From the IMG/VR virus record IMGVR_UViG_3300016466_000663, positions 1 through 25,971 of that record: 25,971 bases of DNA; one strand, written 5' to 3'. The notes beneath the pieces were generated by a model that was not told the DNA's origin, ran no database searches, and was given only the letters and a program-made list of their open reading frames with translations. The stretch comes from a virus. Taxonomy: Duplodnaviria; Caudoviricetes. Positions 8,046 through 16,794 of the stretch are shown here, one piece after another (the stretch's first letter is position 1; every line of letters starts with the position of its first letter). The translations under genes were made by a program, and so were the position numbers.

Positions 8046-9509
8046 TTAAATGTTGTCGTTTTGAGATGCGTTTGAACGGTTTAAGGAAAACAACATTTTA
8101 TTTTGAGGAGTTAATGAACTTAATCCCGCTGCGACAATGAGTTCATTTCCAACAACCGCATGAGTAGCAGAATTGTTTAAATTACCACCGTCTTGATAAC
8201 CCCACGAGTTGTCAAGAACGTTTGTAGTAGTATTGATTCTACGAATTACGCCAGCAAAACTTAGTTGAACTGAAATATAAATATACCCATCTGAATGTGA
8301 AGTCATTTTAGACGGCCAATCACCTTCAATTGTTAATCCATTTATATCTCTAACGTATCCTAAAAATGCTAAATTAACAGCACTCAAAGCCGTTATGCCT
8401 TCTCCTTGACTACGTAGTAAATAAAGAATTGAGTTTTGTAATGCAGCTGCCACACAATTTACGCCACCAGAAACTCCTCCACCTTGTGTTGTTGATATTG
8501 AAACTTTAGCAACATGACCAATACCACCATTTAAAGATCCTATTAGAAAAAGGTCATTATTATCCACAATAAACTGATAAACAATTGCTCCTAACCCTAG
8601 CGCAGGAACAGTTTCAGTGTTTGTTGTAGCGTTCACTTTAATCCATCTTGGTGTTGCAGGTGTTGTTGCCGCACCGGAGGACGATTTTTTTGAATAGGTG
8701 CCAAAATCTCCCCCGATAAATACATCTGTTCCTGAAATTTCAATATCATAAACAGTGCTTGTTACGCCATCGAATTGACCGGTTGATAAACCGTCGGTGA
8801 ATACTCCAACGCCAAAATTTGCATCTAGCGCGCCAGTAGTAGCGTTTAGTTTTGCTACGCGATTTCTTGTTGATCCATTCCATGTGGTGAATGTACCACC
8901 GACGTAAAGATCATTTCCAGAAATAGCTAAAGTATTAACAACGGTTCCACCAGAACCGGGGTTAAAAGTTTCATCAAGCTTCCAATTGCCGGATGCATCT
9001 TTGGTGAATTTCGCCACTCCAGACCGAGAATAATTTCCAGATCCGATTTGTTGTCCATTATTTTTTGCTGTGTATGAAAATGAAGTAAAAGCCCCAGCAA
9101 CATATAGTGCATTGTTGGAAGCCACCATGTCATTAATTATTCCATTTGGAATGTAATTATGAATTGCGGGAACAACAAGCGAAAAATCCAGATCCTTTCC
9201 ACTTGGAAGATTTTCACTTGGTATTAAATACTTATCATTATCAAAATCAATAAGAACAATTTGTTCAATTTTAAAATTATTTCTAGCTTTCGTTGACCAT
9301 TCAACATTAACCGTCGGTGATGTTTGAGTGAAATCAAATTCAAGACGTTTTTTCTGATGACCGATCGTGGATTTATACACAATCACACACTTGGAAATAT
9401 TAGCAGAGTCAGACCAATAAGAATCGGAAACTGCTGCTATAACAAGCGATTTATTAAGAGCAAAAGTTAGGCTTTCACCTTTTTTAGGTGTATTAGGTAA
9501 ATTAATCAT
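8046..9509 (-). CDS. virion adhesin / receptor-binding protein with beta-propeller-like repeats
   Basis: Repeats LYVAGAFT, LYVGGTFT, VFIGGDFG with LDETF, LDANF, LDNSW; N-terminal ~110 aa is paralogous to 9526..10386. Confidence 0.65.
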   Translation of the reverse strand: MINLPNTPKKGESLTFALNKSLVIAAVSDSYWSDSANISKCVIVYKSTIGHQKKRLEFDFTQTSPTVNVEWSTKARNNFKIEQIVLIDFDNDKYLIPSENLPSGKDLDFSLVVPAIHNYIPNGIINDMVASNNALYVAGAFTSFSYTAKNNGQQIGSGNYSRSGVAKFTKDASGNWKLDETFNPGSGGTVVNTLAISGNDLYVGGTFTTWNGSTRNRVAKLNATTGALDANFGVGVFTDGLSTGQFDGVTSTVYDIEISGTDVFIGGDFGTYSKKSSSGAATTPATPRWIKVNATTNTETVPALGLGAIVYQFIVDNNDLFLIGSLNGGIGHVAKVSISTTQGGGVSGGVNCVAAALQNSILYLLRSQGEGITALSAVNLAFLGYVRDINGLTIEGDWPSKMTSHSDGYIYISVQLSFAGVIRRINTTTNVLDNSWGYQDGGNLNNSATHAVVGNELIVAAGLSSLTPQNKMLFSLNRSNASQNDNI

Positions 9510-9525
9510 AATTTATTCCAATAAA

Positions 9526-10386
9526 TTAAACTACCACAACCGGAAATGTAGCCGTAAAGTTAATATCAACTGCGGAAGGTGTGCTATATTGTGTCCACAA
9601 AGTACTGACGTCGCTTACATAAACATTGTAAGTAGGGAGCCAAATTGCAAAACCGGCGGGGGCTCCTGCAAATCCCGCATTTTGTAATGCGGCGTGAACC
9701 TCCATTGGCACGGGGTTACCGGGGCTTCCGACGTTTGAATCTCTAAAAGCGAAAGTTCCCGACCCGATGTTTTGTACGTGTGAGACTGAACCGGCAAAAT
9801 TATATCCAGCCGGTAACAAAATTCGATGAGCAATTAGATTTGATGGAGTTTTTACCAATCCGTTTGATGTAAAAGTACCTGAAGAAAGTGTTTTTTTCAG
9901 CCGATAATTTAGGGTCATAATTCCATTGGTCACACTATGTGAAACCGTGTTAATCTCCCATCCCCCGGTGTATGCTGAAAAATTCATAAGATAATAACCA
10001 AGGCCAGTGGCGGTATTGGCATTGTTATCCCCAGTAGATGGGATTATGGCGACATCAAAGCCGACTGGAAGATCGGCGCGATCAATAATTAAAGTGCCCT
10101 GATCAAAATCTTCAAGAACGATACGTTCAAGAAGAAAATTAGATCGAGCACGAGCACTTACTTGAAAGGTTGCTGTAGGTGACGTTTGAGAAAGATCAAA
10201 AACTAAATATTCTTTCTGATTTCCTGGATTTGAATTATATTCAACAATTGCACGTTTAACGTTGGTTTGAATTGAAAAAAACGCGTCACCAGAAACGGCA
10301 GCTAATGCAAAAAGCGCACTTTTATCTAGCGTAACAGATTGTGCTGCTCCTTTAGAAATAGAAGCAGGGATTGTAAATAATGGCAT
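9526..10386 (-). CDS. virion structural / adhesin protein
   Basis: 286 aa; shares the N-terminal domain with 8046..9509 and has a different beta-rich C-terminal domain. Confidence 0.6.
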   Translation of the reverse strand: MPLFTIPASISKGAAQSVTLDKSALFALAAVSGDAFFSIQTNVKRAIVEYNSNPGNQKEYLVFDLSQTSPTATFQVSARARSNFLLERIVLEDFDQGTLIIDRADLPVGFDVAIIPSTGDNNANTATGLGYYLMNFSAYTGGWEINTVSHSVTNGIMTLNYRLKKTLSSGTFTSNGLVKTPSNLIAHRILLPAGYNFAGSVSHVQNIGSGTFAFRDSNVGSPGNPVPMEVHAALQNAGFAGAPAGFAIWLPTYNVYVSDVSTLWTQYSTPSAVDINFTATFPVVVV

Positions 10387-10419
10387 AAAATTTATCCTTT
10401 ATAAAAATATTAAATTAGT

Positions 10420-10461
10420 AAAAAGGGATGCGCTCGTTTATATAAAACAAACGCATCCCTT
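10420..10461 (-). terminator. intrinsic terminator
   Basis: AAGGGATGCG...CGCATCCCTT 10-bp stem with a T-run on the minus strand, after the 718-aa gene. Confidence 0.75.
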
Positions 10462-10489
10462 AGATTAACTAGCTAAAGCTAGAAAATCA

Positions 10490-12646
10490 TTAGCTAACCC
10501 AGTAGCGAACTACCAGAGTGTCACCGGCAACAAGTGCTTGCTGACCAGCGGAAGCGAGCGCTCCAGCAAAAGTCAAGCGAACTTTACCTGCTGTTCCAGA
10601 GGACTGAGTAAATTCGCTTGGAAGAGCGAACATACGATTTACACGAACTTCTAGTGAATTTGCAACAATAGCATTGACAGCTAATTCAATGTATTGATTT
10701 GCGACATCAGTAGAAGAAAGAGTAAACACTTCCGGTGCAGCCGGTTGGAAAGCAGCTAAATCAGCTTCAACTGCATCAATTGCTGCTTGTAATACACCTT
10801 CGCCAGCAATACGAGCTGCGGACTCAGAAGCAATTTGAGCATCAACATACGTTTTAGTTGTTGGGTCTGCTTCAAGAACGTCAATTCGAGCGTCAAGGGC
10901 AGAGTCAGCGTTTTGACGAGCAGTTGCTTCAGCGGAATCTGCGGCTTGACGAGCAGCTGTTTCTGCTGCAAGATTTGCAGATGCGCTTGATGCCAAGTTA
11001 TTGATAGCGGTATTTAGACTGCCATCAGCGCCTTGGAAAGCACTTACAATTTCAGAAAGAGAATCGAGAGCAGCAGGATCTGTGTTCTGAATTACAAACT
11101 CGATTTTGTCCTCAATTTTCTTAAGAGTGTTGTAAGAAGTACTTACTGAACCTTTAAGAGTTGTGATTTCAGAATCGGTGTATGCTTTAGCAGCGGCTTC
11201 AGCAGCGGCTTCTGCGGCAAGAGCACGTGCTTCTTCAGCAGCAACTTCCGCATCAGTATACGCCTTAGCGTCTTTGAGGGCCTTAGCCACTGAACCAGCG
11301 ACTGTATCAGCACCTTCGAGCACGTCTAAACGAGCGTCAAGAGCACTGTCAGCGGCTTCGCGCGCTGATTGTTCAGCAGAAACAGCAGCAATACGTGCTG
11401 ACTCTTCAGCGGAAACTTCAGCATCGGTGTAAGCCTTAGCGTCCTTAAGAGCCTTAGCAACAGATCCTTCTACAGAATCAGCGCCTTCAATGATGTCAAG
11501 TCGTGCATCAAGTGCGCTATCCGCACTTTCGCGAGCTGACTGTTCAGCAGATACTTCAGCGTCGGTATATGCTTTAGCATCTTTCAGTGCCTTAGCAACA
11601 GATCCAGCAACAGTGTCTGCACCTTCGATGATATCGAGACGTGCGTCAAGATCACTGTCAGCAGCAGCACGAGCTGCTTCTTCGGCATCAATTTCAGATT
11701 GAAGAGCGGCTTCAGCAGCAAGAGCACGAGTTTCTTCAGCTGAAACTTCTGAATCCGTGTATGCCTTAGCATCTTTTAGAGCCTTAGCAACTGAACCGGA
11801 AACAGTATCTGCACCTTCAATGATATCTAAGCGAGCATCGAGAGCGCTGTCAGCCGCTTCACGAGCTGATTGCTCTGCACCAATTTGGTTAGCAACAGTT
11901 GTCGCAAAGTTTGGGTCTGAACCAAGAGCATCAGACAATTCTTTGAGGGTATCAAGAACAGCTGGTGCGCTATTAACTAAATCAGCAACCTTTTGATCAG
12001 CGTAAGCTTTCGCATCAGCTTCAGCTTTAGCAACTGAACCTTCAACGGTGCTTCCACCTTCAAGGATATCAAGACGAGCGTCGAGAGCGCTGTCGGCAGC
12101 TTCGCGTGCTGCTTCTTCAGCGGCGACTTCTGAATCCGTGTAAGCTTTAGCATCCTTAAGAGCCTTAGCTACTGAGCCAGCAACGGTGTCAGCGCCTTCA
12201 ATGATGTCTAAACGAGCATCAAGAGCACTATCGGCTGCTTCACGAGCAGCTTGTTCGGCAGAATCAGCCGCTGCACGAGCAGCTGCTTCAGCGGCAATGT
12301 CAGCTTCAAGATCAGAAATTGCACCTTGGAGATTAGTTCCAACTTGTGATTCAAGAGAAGTAATCGATGCCTGTAAGGCCGCGTCGGCTGCTGAACGAGC
12401 AGCAGCTTCCGCTGCGTCTTGAGCATCAACGTAACTCTTACGTGAAAGATCGTTTGCAGCAGAAGGATCTGCTGAAACTCTTGGCATTTGAATGAACTGA
12501 AGAACGTTAGAAGCATCTAACTTAAACAGTTCTACCGCTGATCCAGCGGCGTTTTTTGCACGGACGGCTTGGTTGTTTAGCACCAATACTTTGGCGCCAT
12601 CAACTTCGTCATCCCCAATAAATTTCTTTTTAATAAAAATACTCAT
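10490..12646 (-). CDS. long coiled-coil fibre protein
   Basis: 718 aa, Ala-rich; contains the phage fibre motif APAVLDTLKELSDALGSDPNFATTV, 46-aa repeats and a C-terminal beta domain. Confidence 0.8.
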   Translation of the reverse strand: MSIFIKKKFIGDDEVDGAKVLVLNNQAVRAKNAAGSAVELFKLDASNVLQFIQMPRVSADPSAANDLSRKSYVDAQDAAEAAARSAADAALQASITSLESQVGTNLQGAISDLEADIAAEAAARAAADSAEQAAREAADSALDARLDIIEGADTVAGSVAKALKDAKAYTDSEVAAEEAAREAADSALDARLDILEGGSTVEGSVAKAEADAKAYADQKVADLVNSAPAVLDTLKELSDALGSDPNFATTVANQIGAEQSAREAADSALDARLDIIEGADTVSGSVAKALKDAKAYTDSEVSAEETRALAAEAALQSEIDAEEAARAAADSDLDARLDIIEGADTVAGSVAKALKDAKAYTDAEVSAEQSARESADSALDARLDIIEGADSVEGSVAKALKDAKAYTDAEVSAEESARIAAVSAEQSAREAADSALDARLDVLEGADTVAGSVAKALKDAKAYTDAEVAAEEARALAAEAAAEAAAKAYTDSEITTLKGSVSTSYNTLKKIEDKIEFVIQNTDPAALDSLSEIVSAFQGADGSLNTAINNLASSASANLAAETAARQAADSAEATARQNADSALDARIDVLEADPTTKTYVDAQIASESAARIAGEGVLQAAIDAVEADLAAFQPAAPEVFTLSSTDVANQYIELAVNAIVANSLEVRVNRMFALPSEFTQSSGTAGKVRLTFAGALASAGQQALVAGDTLVVRYWVS
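11240..12259 (-). repeat. six copies of a 138-nt / 46-aa coding repeat
   Basis: AEQSAREAADSALDARLDIIEGADTVAGSVAKALKDAKAYTDSEVS x6, with inserts of 35, 18 and 11 aa. Confidence 0.9.
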
Positions 12647-12662
12647 TAAAGTACCTTTCTAT

Positions 12663-12673
12663 TATATTGTTAA
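12663..12673 (-). promoter_or_regulatory. degenerate late motif (TTAACAATATA)
   Basis: One-base-deletion variant of the motif, upstream of the fibre gene RBS. Confidence 0.4.
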
Positions 12674-12680
12674 ATTGTTA

Positions 12681-13070
12681 TTAAACGATCGTTAAATAAT
12701 GAAGGAGAAAAACATCTCCTTCTTCAATAAATCCATCAAGTAATTTCCCGTTCCAATAAAGAACGGTGTTATTCTGTCCGGAAATATCAAACCCTAAACC
12801 TTTTATTTGTGTTCCGCCACCGTGACCAATAATAAGGGAAATGTTTTCGGGCTCAGATGGAATAGCTTGTAGAATTAAAAACTTTTGGGCAGCTTCAGCC
12901 GCAGTTATCATTCTTGCCTCAATTTTCATTGAAGCTTTACCGGATACTTTTACTTCTATTCCAGAATCCTTTCTCATATAAAGTTCTCCGTCTGTTTTAA
13001 CGTAGACAGAGACTTTATTAGGATCTGGCGTTGGCGGAGTCGTTCTTTTATTAAAAATAAATTGAGACAT
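12681..13070 (-). CDS. small virion structural protein
   Basis: 129 aa; TPPTPDPNKVSVYVKTDG.LY N-terminus and a C-terminal EGDVFLLHY domain similar to the fibre tip. Confidence 0.55.
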   Translation of the reverse strand: MSQFIFNKRTTPPTPDPNKVSVYVKTDGELYMRKDSGIEVKVSGKASMKIEARMITAAEAAQKFLILQAIPSEPENISLIIGHGGGTQIKGLGFDISGQNNTVLYWNGKLLDGFIEEGDVFLLHYLTIV

Positions 13071-13294
13071 TAGACTATCTCCACCGCACTCATTTGGAAT
13101 ACTGTAAATGATCCATCTTCGGCAACTTCTATATAGTCTTTAACTATAACAGTGTTTATCTGCAATTCCAAGTCATTAATGACATATAAAGCGCTCATGG
13201 TGGCAACACCACCAACAACGCCTCCTGTGCCTTTTTTTCTTTTTTTTCCAAGCGCTACTTGAGTAGTGACTGGATCGAATTGTAAAGTAAACAT
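13070..13294 (-). CDS. hypothetical structural protein
   Basis: 74 aa, tightly coupled to both neighbours. Confidence 0.55.
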   Translation of the reverse strand: MFTLQFDPVTTQVALGKKRKKGTGGVVGGVATMSALYVINDLELQINTVIVKDYIEVAEDGSFTVFQMSAVEIV

Positions 13295-13295
13295 T

Positions 13296-13676
13296 TTATG
13301 TTACCGATAAACTAACTATTTCATCCTTATCGGAATCAGCGTAAACGATATTTACTGTCGCTACGATAGTTCCTGAGCTTCCTCCCCTTCTATATACAAA
13401 AGTGCTAGTAGTATCCGTATGAGTACCACTAAAGTAATCATACGAATCTTTTACCAGACCAGCACTAACCTTTAATGAACCATCTGGATTCACTTGGGTT
13501 AGATTTGTCCCATCCCCTAGTCTGATCGAATCGTCGGTATCGGAAATAACTACTTCCATCGCGTTAGCGACAACAACAGCTTCTGTTTGGACCCTAAGTG
13601 CATCGGATGCCTCGTCAAAGGCCCTTTGCATAATTTGATTTTGGTCTAATGAGCTATATGTTTTGGTAGTAGCCAT
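13296..13676 (-). CDS. hypothetical structural protein
   Basis: 126 aa, beta-rich C-terminus; first gene after a late motif. Confidence 0.6.
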   Translation of the reverse strand: MATTKTYSSLDQNQIMQRAFDEASDALRVQTEAVVVANAMEVVISDTDDSIRLGDGTNLTQVNPDGSLKVSAGLVKDSYDYFSGTHTDTTSTFVYRRGGSSGTIVATVNIVYADSDKDEIVSLSVT

Positions 13677-13690
13677 TACAAATTATCTTA

Positions 13691-13702
13691 TATAGTTGTT
13701 AA
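13691..13702 (-). promoter_or_regulatory. late-promoter-like motif TTAACAACTATA
   Basis: Exact copy, 14 nt before the ATG at 13676. Confidence 0.7.
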
Positions 13703-13742
13703 ATGTGTATTAAAAAAGTTTATTATTTAGTAATCTCAAGTA

Positions 13743-15675
13743 TTATTGAGGAGTTACTGAGCCGCTGCTGACTGGTAAATTTTGAAACGGTGGCGGTGGA
13801 GTTGGCATTTCAGGAAGTTTCTGCATATCGCCGCCTGCCGTTGCAATCATTTCTGGGGTAGTTTCTACACCCATCATATCAGACATTGGGCTTCTTTCCA
13901 AGGCCCTATTTGGAATATTCTCTTGCCCTTGAATAGGAATACTTTCACCCGTTGGGGTAGGAGCCAAAGGTTGTTGAACAGGTGGAAGAGGTTGTTCACC
14001 AATCATTGCAAGAAGATCAGGGTCGGTATTGCGTAAAAGTTCGATATGCTCAAGAATGTGTGCAAAAACTTTTTCTGTTAGTGTTGGATCGCGACGAAGA
14101 TCAGGATCAGCAAGAACCGATTTATGTTCCATAATGTGCATTCGATGCGCATCTAGCGCCGTTGCATTAACGTCTTCGCCTTCCATTAATCTTTCGTTTT
14201 CTGACTTAATGAGCATAAGTTCACTCATTTCGCCTTCAAACATGCTATCAAGACGACCAGTATTCATCACTTGAAAATACTGCTGTGGAGTTTTAATTAA
14301 GTTCATCTGCAACATTTGTTCGGCCATTTGCACGCGACCGGCAATAGTGCGAGAAAGCGGATTACCAACGTCAACAACCACTCTATTGATTGCGCTAACA
14401 TCTTCGCCTGTAAATTCTTTAAGTTCAGTGCGATTGTTTTTTCCAACAAGCGCAATTACTTTTGGTGTTCTAGCGAAGTCTTTTAAAATATTAATAAGAG
14501 CAGTTCCAACGTCTTCAATCAATTTAACATAGGATTGTTGAAGTCCTGACATAAATTGAAGAGACATACTTTGGACAAGTGCAAGTGCTGCGCCTGATTT
14601 AAGAGAAGCCTCGGGATTTCCGCGAGCAACGCTGTTTACACCAGAGATAGTTTCTGCGGAATGAATTAACATTTCAAGAAATTTAAAAACTTCCGCTGGA
14701 GTTTGTGTAAAATTGATAGGTTCGGGCTTACTATTACCTTCAATAATATTCATTCCGGCTTGAAGTGAAGCGATTGATACATCAGAATCACGAGGAACGA
14801 ATAGATTTTGAACACCAAACGCGTTTTGATTGGTCATAATGGTGCTATAAAGCGCGTTGATACCTTCCTGAATTGGAAAAATATCAAACATATCCGTATA
14901 ACCATACGGAGTTCCCATAATGCTGCTAGGAGCAATACGGAAAATGGGAATAACGCGGTAAGGCATCGGAACGTCAAGCATCACCGCATCGGTATCAACG
15001 AACAAAAGATATCTTCCTTCGGGCATTGATTCAGTGCGACGATGAAAAAACTCATAAACTGGAATATCATCGGTGTCATCATTAGAAAACACGGCAAGAC
15101 GATAAACAGAACTTTGGTTTTTTGGGGGAATTGCTTTAATTTTATCAGCAAGTTCGGGATATTTTGCCATAAGATCGTACCTATTTTTAAAAGTACGACA
15201 CATAATCCAGTCATTATCCCAAGATTCTCTAGTGCCATCAACCACAACGTCAAAGGGTGAAAGATTTGAAAATTCAATTTCACCCTCGTAGTTAAATTCT
15301 CCGGTTTCAGGATCAACGTCATATGCTTCGCCAGCGGTGGCATTCCATTCAAGCTTAACGAATCCAGCACCAAGAACAATCGCCATTTCTGTTGCAAACT
15401 TTAAAGCGTCTTCAAGACGTTTTTCTCTCATGTAATAATCAAGTACGCCATTCGCAACATGAGTTTGAGCAAGAGACTTATAATCAGTATTTACAGCACG
15501 AGCTTCCATGATGGGACGGTTTGCTGTCACCATCACAAACATATTACGTGCAATATTTCTAAAGTGATTTACGGCAAGTTGTGTAAATTCTCCTTGTTCA
15601 CCGGTAAAATTGATACGATGACCAAAGCCAAGATCGTTATCATATGCACCGTGATAAGCTCTCCACATTCTTTGT
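13743..15675 (-). CDS. portal protein, exon 2
   Basis: Portal-like features (VNHFRNI, ISGVNSVARG, KSGAALAL, Pro/Gln-rich tail) downstream of terminase; joins exon 1 in frame to give 690 aa. Confidence 0.88.
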
Positions 15676-15935
15676 CAATTTTGTTATCGTTGAGCTTTTT
15701 ATCTCAACATCTTACAATTACTTGTAAGTTCAGGCTAACTTTTCTTCCACTAAGGAAGTCGCGGACTCGTGGATCTATTATATTCTGTAAACAGTTTCAA
15801 GATCTAACCGTGGCGCGTGTCTAAATGCTTTAGTTTTTAAACTTCCGCTCTGATTGTCCTAAATAAATTAGGAGTTCCCAGATTCTTTCCGCAATTCACA
15901 TTGACCGTTTCCGATCAAAGGGCCAGTTTTAGTTT
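15676..15935 (-). ncRNA. group I self-splicing intron (260 nt, no ORF)
   Basis: 5' exon ends in U and the intron ends in G. P2 UUGAUCG-GAAA-CGGUCAA; P3 UUGCGGA/UCCGCGA; P/Q-like AAUCUGGGAA and AAUCAGAGC; P7 CA(C)GGUUA/UAGCCUG; P8 CUUCC/GGAAG; P9 CUUACAA-GUAA-UUGUAAG. Removing it restores the reading frame. Confidence 0.92.
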
Positions 15936-16075
15936 AGCTTTTCGAGGAGAGCATTTGCGCGAAGAACATTGAAAAAAGAAGCCGACTTCTCAAGAAGAAC
16001 TGCGGCCACTTGCTCAGGTTTTTTCGCGGCAAAATAAATATCATCCGAAGATTGATATTTGCTTTGTCCATCCAT
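15936..16075 (-). CDS. portal protein, exon 1
   Basis: MDGQSKYQSSDDIYFAAKKPEQVAAVLLEKSASFFNVLRANALLEK plus CT; AAGGTG RBS; spliced junction CT|A CAA AGA ATG TGG reads LQRMW. Confidence 0.85.
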
Positions 16076-16077
16076 AA

Positions 16078-16764
16078 TTACACCTTACTTCCTTTTTTTA
16101 AGTTATCTTTTGCCCATAATGGTTGAAGGTTTGTGTAATGACACAATTTCTTCAATTCATCTTCGTTCTTAGCGCTACACAAAGGAATAATGTGGTCAAT
16201 GTGGATTTCTTTTCCAACCTTTTCCCAACACATTCCATCTACAAATTTAGATTCTATATAAACTTTAAAGTTTTGTAAATCTAAACCTATAATATTTTCT
16301 AAACCGTTACATTTATTTTTAAGATAATGGTTTATTCTTCGTCTTAAATTATTAGCTAATTTAAAAAGAGGATCTGTTTTACGCTTTTTTCTTTCTCTGG
16401 CGTGAATTTTATCTTTATTTTTTTGATAATAAAGACGATCTCTTTCTTTAAATTTGTCGAGATTGTTCAATCTTCTATTTTTTTCTTTTTCTAAGAGATG
16501 TAATTTATTCTTTTCTCGATATTGCTTGTTTTTTTCTTGAATTTTAAATTTATTATTATCTTGATAAGACTTTACTTTTAAAAGTATAAGTTCTTTATTT
16601 TGATTATAATATTCTTTTTTTTGTTTTAAAACTTTTTCTTTATTAATTTTATAATAAAGTTTTTCACAAGACCGGCAATAAGAATAATACTTTTCGCTTG
16701 TTTTAGATATTTTTCTAAAACTTTCAAATTTTAACATTTTATCGCATTTTTTACAATGCTTCAT
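16078..16764 (-). CDS. free-standing HNH homing endonuclease
   Basis: N-terminal CKKC...CRSC, a basic helical repeat region, and C-terminal IHIDHIIPL...HYTNLQPLWAKDNLKKG; visibly more AT-rich than its neighbours. Confidence 0.85.
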   Translation of the reverse strand: MKHCKKCDKMLKFESFRKISKTSEKYYSYCRSCEKLYYKINKEKVLKQKKEYYNQNKELILLKVKSYQDNNKFKIQEKNKQYREKNKLHLLEKEKNRRLNNLDKFKERDRLYYQKNKDKIHARERKKRKTDPLFKLANNLRRRINHYLKNKCNGLENIIGLDLQNFKVYIESKFVDGMCWEKVGKEIHIDHIIPLCSAKNEDELKKLCHYTNLQPLWAKDNLKKGSKV

Positions 16765-16767
16765 ATC

Positions 16768-16779
16768 TATAGTTGTTAA
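16768..16779 (-). promoter_or_regulatory. late-promoter-like motif TTAACAACTATA
   Basis: Exact copy, 3 nt before the HNH ATG. Confidence 0.7.
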
Positions 16780-16794
16780 ATTCTACGCGAAAAA

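Noticed and set aside
11163-12422. Repetitive plus-strand Ser/Ala ORFs, and repeats that might suggest CRISPR or a DGR
   Set aside because: They are antisense shadows of the fibre's coding repeats. There are no unique spacers, no adenine-specific variation and no reverse transcriptase in the window.
15459-15824. 121-aa plus-strand ORF as an intron-encoded protein
   Set aside because: Antisense to portal and intron, with no nuclease motifs.
15669-15935. Stop-codon readthrough, recoding or pseudogene as the explanation for the split portal
   Set aside because: The insert has multiple stops and a complete group I fold, and its excision restores the frame; other genes read normally in the standard code.
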